Positions 1 through 8,352 of a DNA stretch of 33,915 bases are shown here, one piece after another (position 1 is the first letter of the stretch; the number at the start of each line of letters is the position of its first letter). The notes below the pieces were generated by a model. The model did no database searches. It had not been told where the DNA came from and saw nothing but the letters and a program-made list of their open reading frames with translations. The position numbers and the translations under genes were made by a program. The stretch is taken from NCBI GenBank assembly GCA_964426175.1, contig CAYRPK010000003.1, positions 1 through 33,915 on the forward strand. The letters run 5' to 3'. The stretch comes from an uncultured Eubacteriales bacterium (lineage in GTDB: Bacteria; Bacillota; Clostridia; Oscillospirales; CAJFTT01).

Positions 1-1065
1 AATAGGCTCCCATTCTACAAAAACTTTGTCTTCCATTCCGCAAAAGCGAAGATGCATGGAACATATTTTTTCTATAACGGGAGTTAAGATGCGGCGGTAT
101 GCGGTCAGCTCGCTTGTCAATATATCTGCCTGCTCACCGCTCATTCTCTCGGTAGATGACCAAGAAAGTCCCAACATATAAGGCGGCAAACCTAACTTTG
201 AAACTATCTGCTCCAGCATCTCTCTTACAGGGACCGAGCTGTCGGGAAAAGGCGCGTCAGCACCGATTGCCTTGACCGAGACATCGCCGACTGCAACAAA
301 ATCTCTTGAAGCACCGTCTGCCATTGCGCTCGACCATTCCTTTGCTATTGCCATGGCTCGTTCCTTGGCGTAAGCCTTATCAAAAACGTCGTTTTGGGGT
401 TTATATGTAACCGAAAAACGCACATTTCCGGCTTTTTCCCAATTTTTACCCACTGTTTCATAAATCCTCAGCAGTATAGAGCTGACAAATTGCAAACCGC
501 GAAGAACGGATGTTCCCGTTACACTTCCCGACGGGGGATTAAGAGCCGTAAAGAGGATAAGATTGCTATCTCTCGGCGGCGCGAAGGTTCCAGCGCTGTC
601 ACGCACCGTCACCCTTGCCTCAAGCTTGTCGGCGGTAATATCAACATCGCGTAAATCGGCGTTATATAACGCATAGATACCGTTATAAATGCCGTTAATT
701 CCCATCGAAGGTATGATTTCCGCCACAGCGTTGCCGTAGGTCAGCATATCGCTGAGATAATTCGCCACAAAGCTTTCAAGTCCTATCCCGCTTGCACCCA
801 CCTTGATATTACGATAAAGCTCATCAAGCTGTGCTGTTTCACTCGGTCCTGCTCCTTTAAGTGTAAAGCCTCCTGTCAGACGTACCGTCTTATCCAGTGC
901 CGCATCTATGACGGGTATGCTCTCTCGCAGTGCGCGGTAAAGCCGCATATCCACAGCGGATATGGGAGCGCATCTCATAATTGACTCCCCCACGTGACTT
1001 TTGCTTGTAAGCACATCTACACTTTTAAATGCCGATCGGTTTTTAAATACATCTAATATGCCCAT
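1..1065 (-). CDS. Phage portal protein (partial; C-terminal part lies beyond the left edge)
   Basis: Absent from the ORF track because it has no in-window stop. Hand translation of the minus strand starts at ATG (1065-1063), preceded by AAGGAGG (complement of 1072-1078), and stays open to position 1 (355 codons): MGILDVFKNRSAFKSVDVLTSKSH...YRALRESIPVIDAALDKTVRLTGGF... It lies immediately downstream of terL, the canonical portal position. The portal family (SPP1-type vs HK97-type) is not resolved. Confidence 0.8.
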   Translation of the reverse strand, partial: MGILDVFKNRSAFKSVDVLTSKSHVGESIMRCAPISAVDMRLYRALRESIPVIDAALDKTVRLTGGFTLKGAGPSETAQLDELYRNIKVGASGIGLESFVANYLSDMLTYGNAVAEIIPSMGINGIYNGIYALYNADLRDVDITADKLEARVTVRDSAGTFAPPRDSNLILFTALNPPSGSVTGTSVLRGLQFVSSILLRIYETVGKNWEKAGNVRFSVTYKPQNDVFDKAYAKERAMAIAKEWSSAMADGASRDFVAVGDVSVKAIGADAPFPDSSVPVREMLEQIVSKLGLPPYMLGLSWSSTERMSGEQADILTSELTAYRRILTPVIEKICSMHLRFCGMEDKVFVEWEPI

Positions 1066-1139
1066 AAAAAACCTCCTTTCCAACTTATTTTTTATATAAG
1101 CCGTTATTGTGCATCAGGCTACGGCATTCTGCCTGTTTG

Positions 1140-2396
1140 TCACCGAGGAACCGACACCGCAAAAAAATCCTCCGTGTGCGTCAGAAAGGTCGATACAAAG
1201 TATCGGATATCGTCGAGGGCATGGTCATTTTCCTTTTTTGGAGTATCTCGAGAAGCACCTGTTTCCCATACGTACAGTGAAAATTCACGTATGGCATCCT
1301 TACAGCTCGGCGATATTTTAATTTTGCCCGATTTAAGTGCATCTCCCGTGCGTCTGATACCGTCTACTACATCATTTTTTGCCGGAATAACGGTAAATCT
1401 GCCGTGGCGACGAATACAAGCCATAAAGCTTGCGGCAGACGGGTCTACCGTAACAGCACGCGGAGAAAAACCCTCGCACAGTCGGCAAAGACCCTCATAG
1501 TGTTCCTCATCAGTTCGCTGTTCTCCCTCACACTTAGAGTCGTAATAGTATTCCTTTGCTCTGTACCATATGCCCTTTGACAGAACCCAAAGTCCAAAGG
1601 AGGACGGGTTGACTGTACCGTAATCGCAGGAAATTACACAGTCCTCATAGGGCGGAGGCGGAGGCTCAGCAATGTTATCCTTACCGAAAAAGCCGTAAAC
1701 CGCACCGTCTGCGGCAACCCATTTGCCAAGTACGAAACGCTCGTAAAACGTACCGCTGTAAAGATTTTCGTAGCGGCGTCTGACTTTATCGGATAGTGAG
1801 GGATTATCCTCCATTGTAAAATGAAGGTGAAGGGCATTTTTCTTTTCCGCGTTAAGGAGCCATTCGCGGTAAAACCAATGAGAAGGATTATCGGGATTGC
1901 AATTAAACCAAAAGCGTGAATTCTCCACCGAGCATCTGGCAAGCGCCTGTTCAACAAAGCTGCGCGGCATCAGCGCCACCTCATCGAGAAGCAGTCCTGC
2001 CAAGGTCACACCCTGTATCAACGCCGCCGAGCCCTCATCTTTGCCGCCGAAAAGATAGTAGCGGTTAGACTTTTTTCCGCGGCTTACCATCACAACACCA
2101 CGGCTGACCTGCTCTGTAACCTTATAACCTAACTGCGGCAACAAGGAAATAAGCGGAGTAATAAGGTTGCGACGAAGCGAGGTAACGGTTTTTCCGCAAA
2201 TCGCAAAGCTTTGACCGTTAAATTCAGTCATGCTCCACATAATAAAGGAAAGCGACATGCAAAGCGTTTTTCCGCTTCGAACCGCACCGTCACAGATAAT
2301 TGCGGTTTTTTCTTTGTGTGGCGAATTCTTACACCACCAAGTAAGAATTTTTATCTGCTTTGGCGAAAATTCGGTAAATTTCGGTGTCGGTTTCAT
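1140..2396 (-). CDS. terL: Phage terminase large subunit (PBSX/XtmB-like)
   Basis: 418-aa ORF with Walker A GAVRSGKT and Walker B LLLDE. C-terminal nuclease-type acidic motifs are present (CDYG, DHALDD). It has a 4-nt ATGA overlap with the upstream small-subunit gene. Confidence 0.93.
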   Translation of the reverse strand: MKPTPKFTEFSPKQIKILTWWCKNSPHKEKTAIICDGAVRSGKTLCMSLSFIMWSMTEFNGQSFAICGKTVTSLRRNLITPLISLLPQLGYKVTEQVSRGVVMVSRGKKSNRYYLFGGKDEGSAALIQGVTLAGLLLDEVALMPRSFVEQALARCSVENSRFWFNCNPDNPSHWFYREWLLNAEKKNALHLHFTMEDNPSLSDKVRRRYENLYSGTFYERFVLGKWVAADGAVYGFFGKDNIAEPPPPPYEDCVISCDYGTVNPSSFGLWVLSKGIWYRAKEYYYDSKCEGEQRTDEEHYEGLCRLCEGFSPRAVTVDPSAASFMACIRRHGRFTVIPAKNDVVDGIRRTGDALKSGKIKISPSCKDAIREFSLYVWETGASRDTPKKENDHALDDIRYFVSTFLTHTEDFFAVSVPR

Positions 2397-2905
2397 GAAT
2401 GTAAGCCTCCGGCACAGGCTTCCAAGGCTGTTAAAAATCCGCTTTCATCAGTTAAATGTCCATCTTCGTTGCATATTTCCTGTAAAGCGGTAAGTGCCTT
2501 TATTCGGTCGATAAGCTTGATCTCAATTCCTCCACCCTTGGGACGCTTGATTTCGGTAACGCAAAATAAATCAAGCTTTTCTGCAGAGGACAGAAGCTCC
2601 TCATCCGAAAGCACAAGCAGCTTTACCGCGTCGCCGATATCTCCGAGAGCTGCACGAATCAAGCCCGCCGTCACTTGTCCTTTAAGAGATTTTGTCTGTT
2701 CCTCCTTTTCAAGCCGCAGAATTTCCTGCATAATGAGGGGATCGTCAAGCAGGAAAGCGGCTTTTTTCTTGGCAAAAGCAGAAGTGTAGCCTGCCGCCAA
2801 TGCCGCTTCGCGCGCGGTTCGTGTACGAATAAATTGTCGGCAAAATACAAGCTCACGCTCGCTTAAAGTCTTTTGCACGACTGTTGGTTTTCTTTTCAAA
2901 TTCAA
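2393..2905 (-). CDS. terS: Phage terminase small subunit
   Basis: 170-aa ORF with a TTG start preceded by GAGAGGAAG. The N-terminal HTH-like segment LSERELVFCRQFIRTRTAREAALAAGYT is typical of Terminase_2-type small subunits. The gene is translationally coupled to terL. Confidence 0.8.
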   Translation of the reverse strand: MNLKRKPTVVQKTLSERELVFCRQFIRTRTAREAALAAGYTSAFAKKKAAFLLDDPLIMQEILRLEKEEQTKSLKGQVTAGLIRAALGDIGDAVKLLVLSDEELLSSAEKLDLFCVTEIKRPKGGGIEIKLIDRIKALTALQEICNEDGHLTDESGFLTALEACAGGLHS

Positions 2906-2926
2906 TCTTCCTCTCTGTTAGTTTTT

Positions 2927-2954
2927 AAAAACCCCTTCACCCTAAGGGGTTTTT
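2927..2954. terminator. Intrinsic-terminator-like stem-loop with flanking A- and T-runs (bidirectional), 21 nt upstream of terS in the minus-strand sense
   Basis: AAAAACCCCTT (2927-2937) pairs with AAGGGGTTTTT (2944-2954); the loop is CACCCT. Confidence 0.5.
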
Positions 2955-3001
2955 CGGGCATTTTTTTACATTTTCATGTAAACATTGAGAAAAATTTTTT
3001 C
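2927..3001. repeat. Copy 1 of a 75-nt hairpin-plus-box element (partner at 12661-12735)
   Basis: Ungapped hand alignment with 12661-12735 at a constant offset of 9734 nt gives 55/75 identical positions. Shared blocks are TTTTCGG, TTTTTTTACA, GTAAACAT and AAAATTTTTT. It contains the perfect inverted repeat TTTACAT-N4-ATGTAAA (2965-2982). Confidence 0.6.
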
Positions 3002-3019
3002 AAAAAAGTCTTTTTTGCC

Positions 3020-3049
3020 TTGACAAAATACGGGGTGGGGGTATATTAT
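3020..3049 (+). promoter_or_regulatory. Sigma-A-type promoter of csoR-copA with an embedded CsoR-type operator
   Basis: TTGACA (3020-3025) and a -10 region TATATTAT (3042-3049) are separated by 16-18 nt. The G-tract pseudo-palindrome ATACGGGGTGGGGGTAT (3028-3044) fills the spacer. This resembles known CsoR boxes, which have GC-rich cores flanked by TAC/GTA. Confidence 0.65.
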
Positions 3050-3108
3050 GAAGAAAAATCCAAGGTGAAAAGTATAAAATAAAAACCTAAAAAAGGAATG
3101 ATTTTTAT

Positions 3109-3405
3109 ATGGAATGTAATTTGTGTAAATATAAAAATACTCCGCGAAATGAGGAGGAAATCCGAGGACTGCAAAACCGTCTTAACCGTATAATCGGTCA
3201 ATTAGGCGGAATTAAAAATATGATTGAGGATAACCGTTATTGCGGCGATATTCTTACACAGCTTTCCGCGGCGGAAAGTGCTTTGCACAATTTAAGCCTG
3301 ATTATTTTGCAGGAACATCTTGAAACCTGCGTTACCGAGGAAATAAAAAAAGGCAATGAAAAAATCATTGCCGAGGCCATTGACCTGATAAAGAATTTTA
3401 AGTAA
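3109..3405 (+). CDS. csoR: Copper-sensing transcriptional repressor, CsoR/RcnR (DUF156) family
   Basis: 98-aa ORF with the family core LQNRLNRIIGQLGGIKNMIEDNRYCGDILTQLSAAESALHNL...HLETCV. The expected Cys-His-Cys ligand positions are present. It sits directly upstream of copA. Confidence 0.9.
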   Translation: MECNLCKYKNTPRNEEEIRGLQNRLNRIIGQLGGIKNMIEDNRYCGDILTQLSAAESALHNLSLIILQEHLETCVTEEIKKGNEKIIAEAIDLIKNFK

Positions 3406-3408
3406 AGG

Positions 3409-5943
3409 ATGCTTATTTTGAAAAACGTAAAATTTTCGGTTACGGGCATGACCTGTGCAGCATGCAGTGCACATGTAGAAAAAGCCGTCAAGGGTGTAAT
3501 AGGTGTCACAGATGTGTCTGTCAGCCTGCTTACAAATTCCATGACCGTCTCCTTTGAGCCACCCGCAACCGCCGATTCCATTGAAAACGCCGTAAAAGCC
3601 GCAGGCTACGGTGCGAGCAGTAATGTCGGTAATTCTGCCGCCGTGAGCAAAGAGCAAAACGATACCGAGCTTTCCAAGATAAAAAGAAGGCTGATTTCAT
3701 CCCTATGCCTTTTGCTGCCTCTTATGTATATCTCCATGGGGCATATTATGTGGAATTTCCCTCTGCCTGCCGCGTTATCCCAAAATCCCGTGGCGTTGGG
3801 ACTTGTGGAAATGATTTTTTCAGGTATTATTCTTATTATCAACCAGAAATTTTTTATAAACGGCTTTAAAGGTGCTATTCGAGGTGCTCCAAACATGGAT
3901 ACACTTGTAGCCTTAGGCAGCGGTGCCTCTTATATTTACAGTGTTGCCCAGCTATTTATTATGACTTCTGATACCTCTGCAGCAGAGCATCTGCTTCACG
4001 ATTTATATTTTGAAGCCGCCGCTATGGTGCTGACACTTATAACCGTTGGTAAGCTTCTTGAGGCTATAAGCAAAGGCAGAACCACCGACGCCATAAAAGG
4101 CCTTATGAAATTAACACCCTCTGTCGCATGTGTGATTCGCGACGGTAAAGAAACAGAAATTCCCGCGGAAGAAGTAGTATCGGGTGATATTTTCGTTGTG
4201 CGTCCCGGAGAAAGTATACCCGTTGACGGTAAAGTGCTGTCAGGAGAAAGCTCTGTTAACGAAGCTGCTTTAACAGGCGAAAGCATACCCGCAAACAAAG
4301 CCGAGGGTGACTTTGTTTTTGCCGCAACTGTAAATACTGTCGGCTTTTTGACTTGCGTTGCTACGGGAGTCGGCAATGACACTACACTCTCTAAAATAAT
4401 AAGCCTTGTGGAAAATGCCGCCGCCACAAAAGCACCCATTGCAAAAATAGCAGATAAAGTATCAGGATTTTTTGTACCATTAGTAATATTTATCTCAATT
4501 ATTACAGCATGTATTTGGGCAATAGTCGGTCAAAGCGCAGGCTTTATCCTTGCAAGGGCAGTCAGCGTGCTTGTTATAAGCTGTCCCTGCGCTTTGGGAC
4601 TTGCTACACCTGTAGCAATAATGGTAGGCAGCGGTGTCGGTGCAAAAAAGGGGGTGCTTTTTAAGACAGCCGCCGCCCTTGAGGCAGCAGGAAAAACCGA
4701 CATTGTAGTTCTTGATAAGACGGGTACCGTAACAAAGGGCTCCCCTTCCGTTACAGATATTGTTCCTGCAGAGGGCGTAACCGAAAATGAACTTATTACC
4801 TTTGCCGCCGCATTGGAGCTTAAAAGCGAGCATCCTTTAGGACGGGCCGTAGTGCTTTTCGCCGAGGGAAGATTAAATATAGAAAAGCTCACACCTGCAG
4901 ATGAATTCTCGGTGTGCAGTCACGGTGTTACAGGCATAATAGACGGCAAGAAAGCGGTGGGCGGCAGTATAGCTTTGATGAAAAGGCTGAAAATATCAAT
5001 ATCTCCTGTTGGAGAAAAGCTCGCAAGTGAGGGTAAAACTCCGCTGTGCTTCTCTTGCGACGGAAAATATTTGGGGCTTATTGCTGTTGCCGATACCGTA
5101 AAGGAAGACAGTCTTGATGCGATAAACCAACTGAAAAACATGGGACTTGCGGTTGTTATGCTTACAGGTGACAATCAAAAAACTGCCCGTTTTACCGCAA
5201 ATCAAGTTGGTATTGATACTGTATTTGCCGAAGTTCTGCCCGAGGATAAGGAGCAGATAATAACAGAGCTTTGCCGTTACGGTAAAACAGCCATGGTGGG
5301 CGACGGAATAAATGATTCTCCTGCGCTTACCCGTGCTGATATCGGTATTGCTATCGGAGCCGGCTCGGATATTGCAATCGATTCTGCCGAAATTGTCCTA
5401 ATGAATTCTCGTCTTACTGATGCTGCCGCCGCCTTTAGACTTTCTCGCGCGGTTATGCGCAATATCCGTGAAAATCTGTTTTGGGCGTTCTTTTATAATT
5501 GCATAGGAATTCCCATTGCGGCAGGCGCACTTATCCCTATATGGGGACTGACGCTTAATCCCATGTTCGGCGCGGCGGCAATGAGCCTGTCCAGCGTATG
5601 TGTGGTATCCAATGCATTACGTCTGAATTTGTGTGATGTTTCATCTCACAAGAAGGATAGACGCAAAAAAGCGGTCTCGTTACCGAAACCGCATGAAATA
5701 TCAAAAATTTTTGAAAGGAGCAAATCTGAAATGAAAAAAACAATTACAGTAGAGGGAATGATGTGCGCACATTGCGCTTCTCACGTTCAAAAGGCTTTGG
5801 AGGCTCTTGACGGCGTTACTTCCGCAGAAATTAATCTTGAAGCAAAGACGGCAACCGTCACTATGACTAATGATGTTGCAGATGATGTTCTTACTGCGGC
5901 AATCAAAGATGCCGGCTACACACCTGTTTCGGTAGAAGCTTAA
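3409..5943 (+). CDS. copA: Cu(I)-translocating P1B-type ATPase with N-terminal and C-terminal heavy-metal-binding (HMA) domains
   Basis: The 844-aa ORF has an N-terminal [11 protein letters not shown] motif, TGES, the transmembrane CPC motif ([11 protein letters not shown]), DKTGT and [11 protein letters not shown] second HMA domain ([11 protein letters not shown]) lies at the C-terminus. The true start may be TTG at 3418, which has better SD spacing to AAAGGA at 3404-3409. Confidence 0.95.
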   Translation: MLILKNVKFSVTGMTCAACSAHVEKAVKGVIGVTDVSVSLLTNSMTVSFEPPATADSIENAVKAAGYGASSNVGNSAAVSKEQNDTELSKIKRRLISSLCLLLPLMYISMGHIMWNFPLPAALSQNPVALGLVEMIFSGIILIINQKFFINGFKGAIRGAPNMDTLVALGSGASYIYSVAQLFIMTSDTSAAEHLLHDLYFEAAAMVLTLITVGKLLEAISKGRTTDAIKGLMKLTPSVACVIRDGKETEIPAEEVVSGDIFVVRPGESIPVDGKVLSGESSVNEAALTGESIPANKAEGDFVFAATVNTVGFLTCVATGVGNDTTLSKIISLVENAAATKAPIAKIADKVSGFFVPLVIFISIITACIWAIVGQSAGFILARAVSVLVISCPCALGLATPVAIMVGSGVGAKKGVLFKTAAALEAAGKTDIVVLDKTGTVTKGSPSVTDIVPAEGVTENELITFAAALELKSEHPLGRAVVLFAEGRLNIEKLTPADEFSVCSHGVTGIIDGKKAVGGSIALMKRLKISISPVGEKLASEGKTPLCFSCDGKYLGLIAVADTVKEDSLDAINQLKNMGLAVVMLTGDNQKTARFTANQVGIDTVFAEVLPEDKEQIITELCRYGKTAMVGDGINDSPALTRADIGIAIGAGSDIAIDSAEIVLMNSRLTDAAAAFRLSRAVMRNIRENLFWAFFYNCIGIPIAAGALIPIWGLTLNPMFGAAAMSLSSVCVVSNALRLNLCDVSSHKKDRRKKAVSLPKPHEISKIFERSKSEMKKTITVEGMMCAHCASHVQKALEALDGVTSAEINLEAKTATVTMTNDVADDVLTAAIKDAGYTPVSVEA

Positions 5944-5959
5944 TTAAATAGTATAATAT

Positions 5960-6013
5960 AAAACATGGTGTCTTTCCGCAATTTAATATTTCGGTAAGGC
6001 ACTATGTTTTGTT
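5960..6013 (+). terminator. Intrinsic terminator of copA
   Basis: A 19-bp stem forms between AAAACATGGTGTCTTTCCG (5960-5978) and CGGTAAGGCACTATGTTTT (5992-6010), with 1 mismatch and 2 G-U pairs. It ends in a T-rich tail. Confidence 0.7.
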
Positions 6014-6219
6014 GAAATCGTTCGTTTTTAAAAAATATATTCTTTGAATCCCCTTTATTAATGTATATTTTTACTATATATGAAAAATTTTTCTTTTTTG
6101 GAAAAATGTGGAGATTTTTGTTTTTTTATGATAAAATGTATATCAATGATGTTAATTAATAAAGAAAATTTAAAGACTATTTTCCACGTAATATAAAAGT
6201 ACAGGGGTGCAATTTTAAA

Positions 6220-8178
6220 ATGGCAAATAATACGTTAAAAAAATCCTCCACCAAAAAGATAAAGATTAAAAAGTCTAAAAATCACAATTCTGGATTGTTT
6301 TTGGAAAATAGTTTACGACGTTTATCTTGGTTCTTTTCAAAAAGCGGCGTTTTAGCTCTTGCCTTTGAGCACTTTTTCGCTATGGTACCAGCAACTATTC
6401 TTGTTCCTCTTCTTGTGAATAAATCTGTAGGCGAAACGGTTGTTGATGTTTCATTAGTTCTTTTCACAAGTGGTGTAGGCACCATATTTTTTATCATCTT
6501 CTCAAAAGGAAAAATTCCTACATATCTAGGTTCAAGTTTTGCCTATATTGGTCTTACAGAATATCTTTTAGAAAACCAAATCAATGCTGGGGTATCCACA
6601 GAATATGTCTTTTCCTATGTTTCTTGGGCATATATCTTCAGCGCACTTTTGCTACTAGCACTTTCTTTGCTATATAACATAAAGGGATTTGAACGATGTC
6701 TTTCCTTTTTACTCCCCGCAACGGTTGTGGGCCCTGCAATCTCCCTTATAGGTCTTGAACTTTCTGACAACGCAGTTGTACACTCTGGTTTTGACCCTGT
6801 GGCAGGAGCTGTTGACAGTAAAGCTATACTTATTTCCCTTGTCACTCTGTGTGTTATAATAATCTTTTCCATTACAAGGCACAAGATATTCAAAAATATG
6901 GCTATTGTTGTGGGTATAGTTGTCGGTTATGTTCTGTACTGCATATTGTATGGTTCTCCTTTAAATTGGAATAATGAAATTCAGAGAATCTCTATCCCTG
7001 AATTTAATATAATTAAGATTTTACCGCCTGCCAATTGGCTAAATTTACTTATTTCAGTAATCCCAGCAACCTTAATTGTTCATACCGAAAACATCGGCAG
7101 AGTAACCGTTATAAACCGTATGACAGTAAATGAGGATAATCGTGGAAGCTTGTTTACGGCAAAATTAATGAAAACTCTTAAGACCTCCCTTTTATCTCAA
7201 AGTATTTCCTCTGCCCTCTGCTCAATAATCGGTTCTGTACCTAATACAATGTATGCTGAAAACATAGCAGTTATGGAAATTCACAAAAACAGAAAAGACC
7301 ACAAAGAAAGTGACCCAATTATTAAGGAGCTTGTAAATCCATACTCTGTAATTCCTTTCATGTTGGCAGGTATTATAGCCATATTTTTCTCTTTCAGCGG
7401 TGACCTACAACATTTCCTTGAAAATCTACCAGACCCCGTTATTGGAGGTATGGAATTCTTCCTATTTGGCATAATCTCTGCACCTGGTATTCAACTTTTA
7501 GTTGACCAGCGAGTCAATTATAATAAGATATCCAATCAAATCATAACCGCTTCGGTTTTAATCGCAGGCATAGGCGGTCTTTCCATAAATATATTTGATA
7601 TTGTCAAACTTGAAGGTATGAGTTTGGGTTTTGCTGTAGGTGTTTCCTTAAATCTCATAATTCATGGCCTTAAGTTTTTTGGTAATACTAGCGATGCCAT
7701 TTTTTTCGACGAATTGTTATTTGACTGCATATCCTGTCTATCCTCTAAGTCTGAATTTAAAATCACCGATTTTTCGAGTAGCAACGAAAATGAACTTGCC
7801 CTTTTAAAAGATATTACATTGGACGATTTAAAAACTATCCTCAGAAGCACAGATGGTATTATAAGCGCAAAGGATACTAGAGTAACTGCAGAATATATAC
7901 GAGAAATTATTACCCGTATCGGCAATGAAAGTAGCGCAAAGGTGACCATTAGTATATGTAAATCTGCAGGGTGGACAGAATGTATTGTAATAAGAAAAAC
8001 TGTTAATGGTTTTTTTGTTGATATAAAAATTGGAGAACTTAGTCCCATCTTCATCAATAACTACGTTAATGATTACCCTGATGCTATCGATATTGATGGA
8101 GAATTTCTTAAAATTGACGTTTCCAAAAATATTCCTCCTCGCAAAATACGCAAATTGATAAAATATATTAAAAGTTAA
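6220..8178 (+). CDS. NCS2-family nucleobase permease (UraA/PyrP-like) with a Lys-rich N-terminal tail and a ~165-aa C-terminal domain of unknown function
   Basis: The 652-aa ORF carries NCS2-type motifs as I recall them from UraA: FEHFFAMVPATILVPLL, HTENIGRV, SVPNTMYAENIAVMEI, LFGIISAPGIQLLVDQRVNYNK. Multiple hydrophobic helices run to about residue 487, followed by a hydrophilic extension. The gene is visibly AT-rich relative to its flanks. Confidence 0.8.
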   Translation: MANNTLKKSSTKKIKIKKSKNHNSGLFLENSLRRLSWFFSKSGVLALAFEHFFAMVPATILVPLLVNKSVGETVVDVSLVLFTSGVGTIFFIIFSKGKIPTYLGSSFAYIGLTEYLLENQINAGVSTEYVFSYVSWAYIFSALLLLALSLLYNIKGFERCLSFLLPATVVGPAISLIGLELSDNAVVHSGFDPVAGAVDSKAILISLVTLCVIIIFSITRHKIFKNMAIVVGIVVGYVLYCILYGSPLNWNNEIQRISIPEFNIIKILPPANWLNLLISVIPATLIVHTENIGRVTVINRMTVNEDNRGSLFTAKLMKTLKTSLLSQSISSALCSIIGSVPNTMYAENIAVMEIHKNRKDHKESDPIIKELVNPYSVIPFMLAGIIAIFFSFSGDLQHFLENLPDPVIGGMEFFLFGIISAPGIQLLVDQRVNYNKISNQIITASVLIAGIGGLSINIFDIVKLEGMSLGFAVGVSLNLIIHGLKFFGNTSDAIFFDELLFDCISCLSSKSEFKITDFSSSNENELALLKDITLDDLKTILRSTDGIISAKDTRVTAEYIREIITRIGNESSAKVTISICKSAGWTECIVIRKTVNGFFVDIKIGELSPIFINNYVNDYPDAIDIDGEFLKIDVSKNIPPRKIRKLIKYIKS

Positions 8179-8193
8179 TAATACTACAATACA

Positions 8194-8352
8194 AAACTGA
8201 CACAGCTTAATCAGAACCGTAATAGGAAGTATTCTTTTTCCTAATTCATACTGACCGTAATATTGCTGTGCGGTTTGGAGCATCTCTGCCAAATCCTTTT
8301 GACTCAAGTCGCTGTCTTCACGTAAATCTTTAATTCGTTGCTGAAATTTCAT
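8194..8352 (-). pseudogene. XRE-family helix-turn-helix gene, apparently 3-prime truncated
   Basis: MKFQQRIKDLREDSDLSQKDLAEMLQTAQQYYGQYELGKRILPITVLIKLCQF matches the usual XRE/Cro-CI HTH pattern up to ...LIKL..F. The track ORF (7828-8376) then continues as antisense of the permease gene with non-protein-like composition. Homology ends 15 nt from the permease stop codon. Confidence 0.55.

Noticed and set aside
2211-2789. Long antisense ORFs inside confident genes (this one, plus 3996-4439, 4530-4892, 14647-15183, 17665-18207, 19199-19708 and 24148-24669)
   Set aside because: Each lies fully within a gene carrying strong family motifs on the other strand. None has an SD or a recognisable motif, and their composition is typical of shadow frames (S/R/C/F rich).
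6081-6093. GAAAAATTTTTC palindrome resembling the A/T tract at the end of the 75-nt element (a possible third copy)
   Set aside because: Only the low-complexity A/T tract matches. The hairpin, the TTTTCGG block and the TTTAC..GTAAA box are all absent. It is indistinguishable from chance in an AT-rich spacer.
6014-6219. PyrR binding loop or purine riboswitch upstream of the nucleobase permease
   Set aside because: There is no UCCAGAGAGG-type PyrR motif and no purine-riboswitch junction sequence. The region is nearly structure-free AT-rich DNA.
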